From a virus (Duplodnaviria; Caudoviricetes), in IMG/VR virus record IMGVR_UViG_2974690805_000001, positions 5,472 through 69,471 of that record: a stretch of 64,000 nt of DNA. One strand, written 5' to 3'. The translations under genes and the position numbers were made by a program. The notes under the pieces are model-generated. The model worked only from the letters and a program-made list of their open reading frames with translations, had not been told where the DNA came from and did not search any database. Of this stretch, positions 62,303 through 64,000 are shown in pieces (position 1 is the stretch's first letter; each line of letters begins with the position of its first letter).

Positions 62303-62508
62303 GACCGCTCGGGCGAGCGGCCATAGGTGCCGCCGCTCTGGTAGTAGCGGTCGATCGCGACGCTGAGCTTGTTGATCGTGCCCTGCATCAGCCGAGCGGC
62401 CTCAAGGGCGTCGTCGCTGCCGTCGGCCCGCAGCACGACCTGCGCCTGCGCGAGGCGCTGCCGGTTGCGCGTGGCCCGCTGCACGGCGGTCTTCGTTGCG
62501 ATGATCAC
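62299..62508 (-). CDS. hypothetical protein
   Basis: GTGA overlap. Confidence 0.65.
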   Translation of the reverse strand: MIIATKTAVQRATRNRQRLAQAQVVLRADGSDDALEAARLMQGTINKLSVAIDRYYQSGGTYGRSPERS

Positions 62509-62870
62509 GGCTCGATCACCTCAAACTCGCGCCGGAACAGGCACAGCCGCTTGCCGTAGGCGAACAGGATGCAGTAGGTGCCCGAGGTCGGCGTCAGGCC
62601 GGGCAGAACGGCGGTGATCTGGCCGCGCCGCCCGTCAGCAACCACGACGTCGCCGCGGAACGCCTCGCAGGTCTTGCCGCCGCCGTCGGCGAGGCGGGCG
62701 TCGATCGCCGCCTGCGCGGCCTGCTGGCCGTCCCACTTCGCGTCGCGGTGACTCGGCCCCTCGACGCCGGGGCCGCTGACGGTCCAGAACTTGCCGGATA
62801 GCTCGCTGCGCTTCACGGTGTACGGCCCGGCCAGATATGCACCCGTCTGCGGGTGCCGCTTCCACTTCAT
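62505..62870 (-). CDS. hypothetical protein
   Basis: ATGA overlap. Confidence 0.7.
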   Translation of the reverse strand: MKWKRHPQTGAYLAGPYTVKRSELSGKFWTVSGPGVEGPSHRDAKWDGQQAAQAAIDARLADGGGKTCEAFRGDVVVADGRRGQITAVLPGLTPTSGTYCILFAYGKRLCLFRREFEVIEP

Positions 62871-63037
62871 CGAACAACCTCAATCTCGGCCTCGGGCCGG
62901 TAGTGGGACATGCCGCCTTCGGTGAAGACGGTCGTGTAGTGCGTGCGACCGCCGGGGATGACGATCGTCACGACCTTCCCGGCGAGCACGTCGCCGGGCA
63001 GGACATCATCGGCTCGCACGATGACCGGGGCGCTCAT
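62867..63037 (-). CDS. hypothetical protein
   Basis: ADDVLPGDVL, SH3-like start. Confidence 0.65.
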   Translation of the reverse strand: MSAPVIVRADDVLPGDVLAGKVVTIVIPGGRTHYTTVFTEGGMSHYRPEAEIEVVR

Positions 63038-63264
63038 CGCGCACCGGCCTTCGCATGAGCCTCGGCGAGGGCGGCGTCGACCCACAGCGACGCATCGGCC
63101 CACCGCTGAGCCTCGGCGTCGAGGGCCGTCTCGCCGCAGCGCAGCGCCTCGGCCTCGGCGATCGCCTCGCGCTCAAGGCGGCAGTAGTAGCCATTGCAGT
63201 GCGGCTGCAACTCGCCGAGTTCGGCGCAGATGTGGTAGTCGTCGGCGGCGGGGTCGTAGGCCAT
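63034..63264 (-). CDS. hypothetical Cys/His protein (cassette gene)
   Basis: Downstream of repeat element. Confidence 0.75.
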   Translation of the reverse strand: MAYDPAADDYHICAELGELQPHCNGYYCRLEREAIAEAEALRCGETALDAEAQRWADASLWVDAALAEAHAKAGAR

Positions 63265-63338
63265 GATCTCGATCCTTCCTCGGCGGGTCCATCCCGCCTC
63301 ACACGAACTAATTTACCCGACTGCGTCGCACTTGTCAA
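63265..63338 (-). promoter_or_regulatory. repeat promoter element, copy 11
   Basis: -35 at 63333-63338; -10 TAAATT. Confidence 0.92.
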
Positions 63339-63347
63339 GCGGGCCGG

Positions 63348-63551
63348 TCAGCACCGCTCGGCCTGCGCGATCGCGTCGCGAGCGGCGGCGAGCAGTTCGT
63401 CGCACACCTCGGGCGTGTCGGTGAACAACTCGGCGCGGTCGAGCATGTCGCTCGCGTAGGCGAGCAGGCGCTCGCGCCGATCGGCCAACTGCACGCGAGC
63501 CTCGGCGGCGTTGCGGGCGGTCAGGCGGGGGAGGGCGAGCGTGGCGGTCAT
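63348..63551 (-). CDS. hypothetical protein (cassette gene)
   Basis: Downstream of repeat element. Confidence 0.75.
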   Translation of the reverse strand: MTATLALPRLTARNAAEARVQLADRRERLLAYASDMLDRAELFTDTPEVCDELLAAARDAIAQAERC

Positions 63552-63622
63552 GGTGACCCCTTTCCGGCGGGTATTTCCCGCCTCACATGAATTAAGTTAC
63601 CCGACGGCGTCGTAGTTGTCAA
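63552..63622 (-). promoter_or_regulatory. repeat promoter element, copy 12
   Basis: -35 at 63617-63622. Confidence 0.92.
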
Positions 63623-63643
63623 GCGACGCCGCCGGGCCGGTCG

Positions 63644-63901
63644 TCAGGCGCTCAGAAGCTGCTCGGCCTCGTAGATCGTCAGCAGCGCCTGCGCCTCGAT
63701 CTTGCCCTCGCGCAGCGTGTGCGCGTAGGTCTGGCCGATGACCCGGCGGTCGCCGATGATCTGGCCGTCGAGCTTGTGCGACACGAAGATGTGCCAGTCG
63801 AGATAGCCCGAGGCTTCCTCGATCTTGTCGATCTCGATGTGGTAGTCGGTGGTGTCGCCGACGTAGCTGCCCTTGCTGACCTTGCGGTAGGTGACCTTCA
63901 T
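63644..63901 (-). CDS. hypothetical protein (cassette gene)
   Basis: Downstream of repeat element. Confidence 0.75.
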   Translation of the reverse strand: MKVTYRKVSKGSYVGDTTDYHIEIDKIEEASGYLDWHIFVSHKLDGQIIGDRRVIGQTYAHTLREGKIEAQALLTIYEAEQLLSA

Positions 63902-63972
63902 GATTCTCGCTTCCCGGCGGGTACTTCCCGCCTCACACAGACGAAGTTACCCGACGCTGTCGTAGTTGTCAA
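63902..63972 (-). promoter_or_regulatory. repeat promoter element, copy 13
   Basis: -35 at 63967-63972. Confidence 0.92.
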
Positions 63973-64000
63973 GTCATCGCGTCGGGTTACTCTGGCGAGC

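Noticed and set aside
60144-63972. CRISPR array interpretation of the repeats
   Set aside because: Inter-repeat distances are about 290-1200 bp and contain full ORFs; the repeats carry promoter and RBS signals; no cas operon (the PD-(D/E)XK nuclease is in the replication module).
1-64000. tRNA or tmRNA genes
   Set aside because: None recognised by eye; intergenic gaps are occupied by promoters and terminators. tRNAscan/ARAGORN not run.

Overview
The window is most of a high-GC (roughly 68-70% by eye) actinobacteriophage genome, probably a lytic siphovirus of mycobacteria or close relatives. It carries lysin B, a MuF/protease fusion, separate hexamer and pentamer capsid proteins and a family A DNA polymerase, an architecture resembling mycobacteriophage Cluster B; the exact cluster is not determined. 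Layout: 1-31077 virion genes (+), starting in the probable portal C-terminus; 31059-32756 small reverse regulatory operon; 32863-35627 lysA/lysB; 35757-49520 replication genes (-); 49903-56098 rightward accessory genes; 56154-64000 many small leftward genes. No integrase, tRNA or CRISPR array was seen. The most striking feature is a ~70-bp expression element present 13 times plus one degenerate copy, all on the minus strand: TTGACA, a 17-bp spacer containing a CGAC-N3-GTCG palindrome, TAACTT, an invariant GGCGGG-loop-CCCGCC hairpin, an RBS and ATG. Each copy heads a small gene of unknown function, some inserted antisense in the virion operon behind terminators. Further regulatory layers are GGT(A/T)ACC heptad arrays beside a ribbon-helix-helix-like gene, a perfect CRP-type site, a CACAACCACGAAGG start-associated motif and likely leaderless late promoters. 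A displaced tail-chaperone paralog has a probable -1 frameshift. All counts and coordinates were read by eye; no database search was run.
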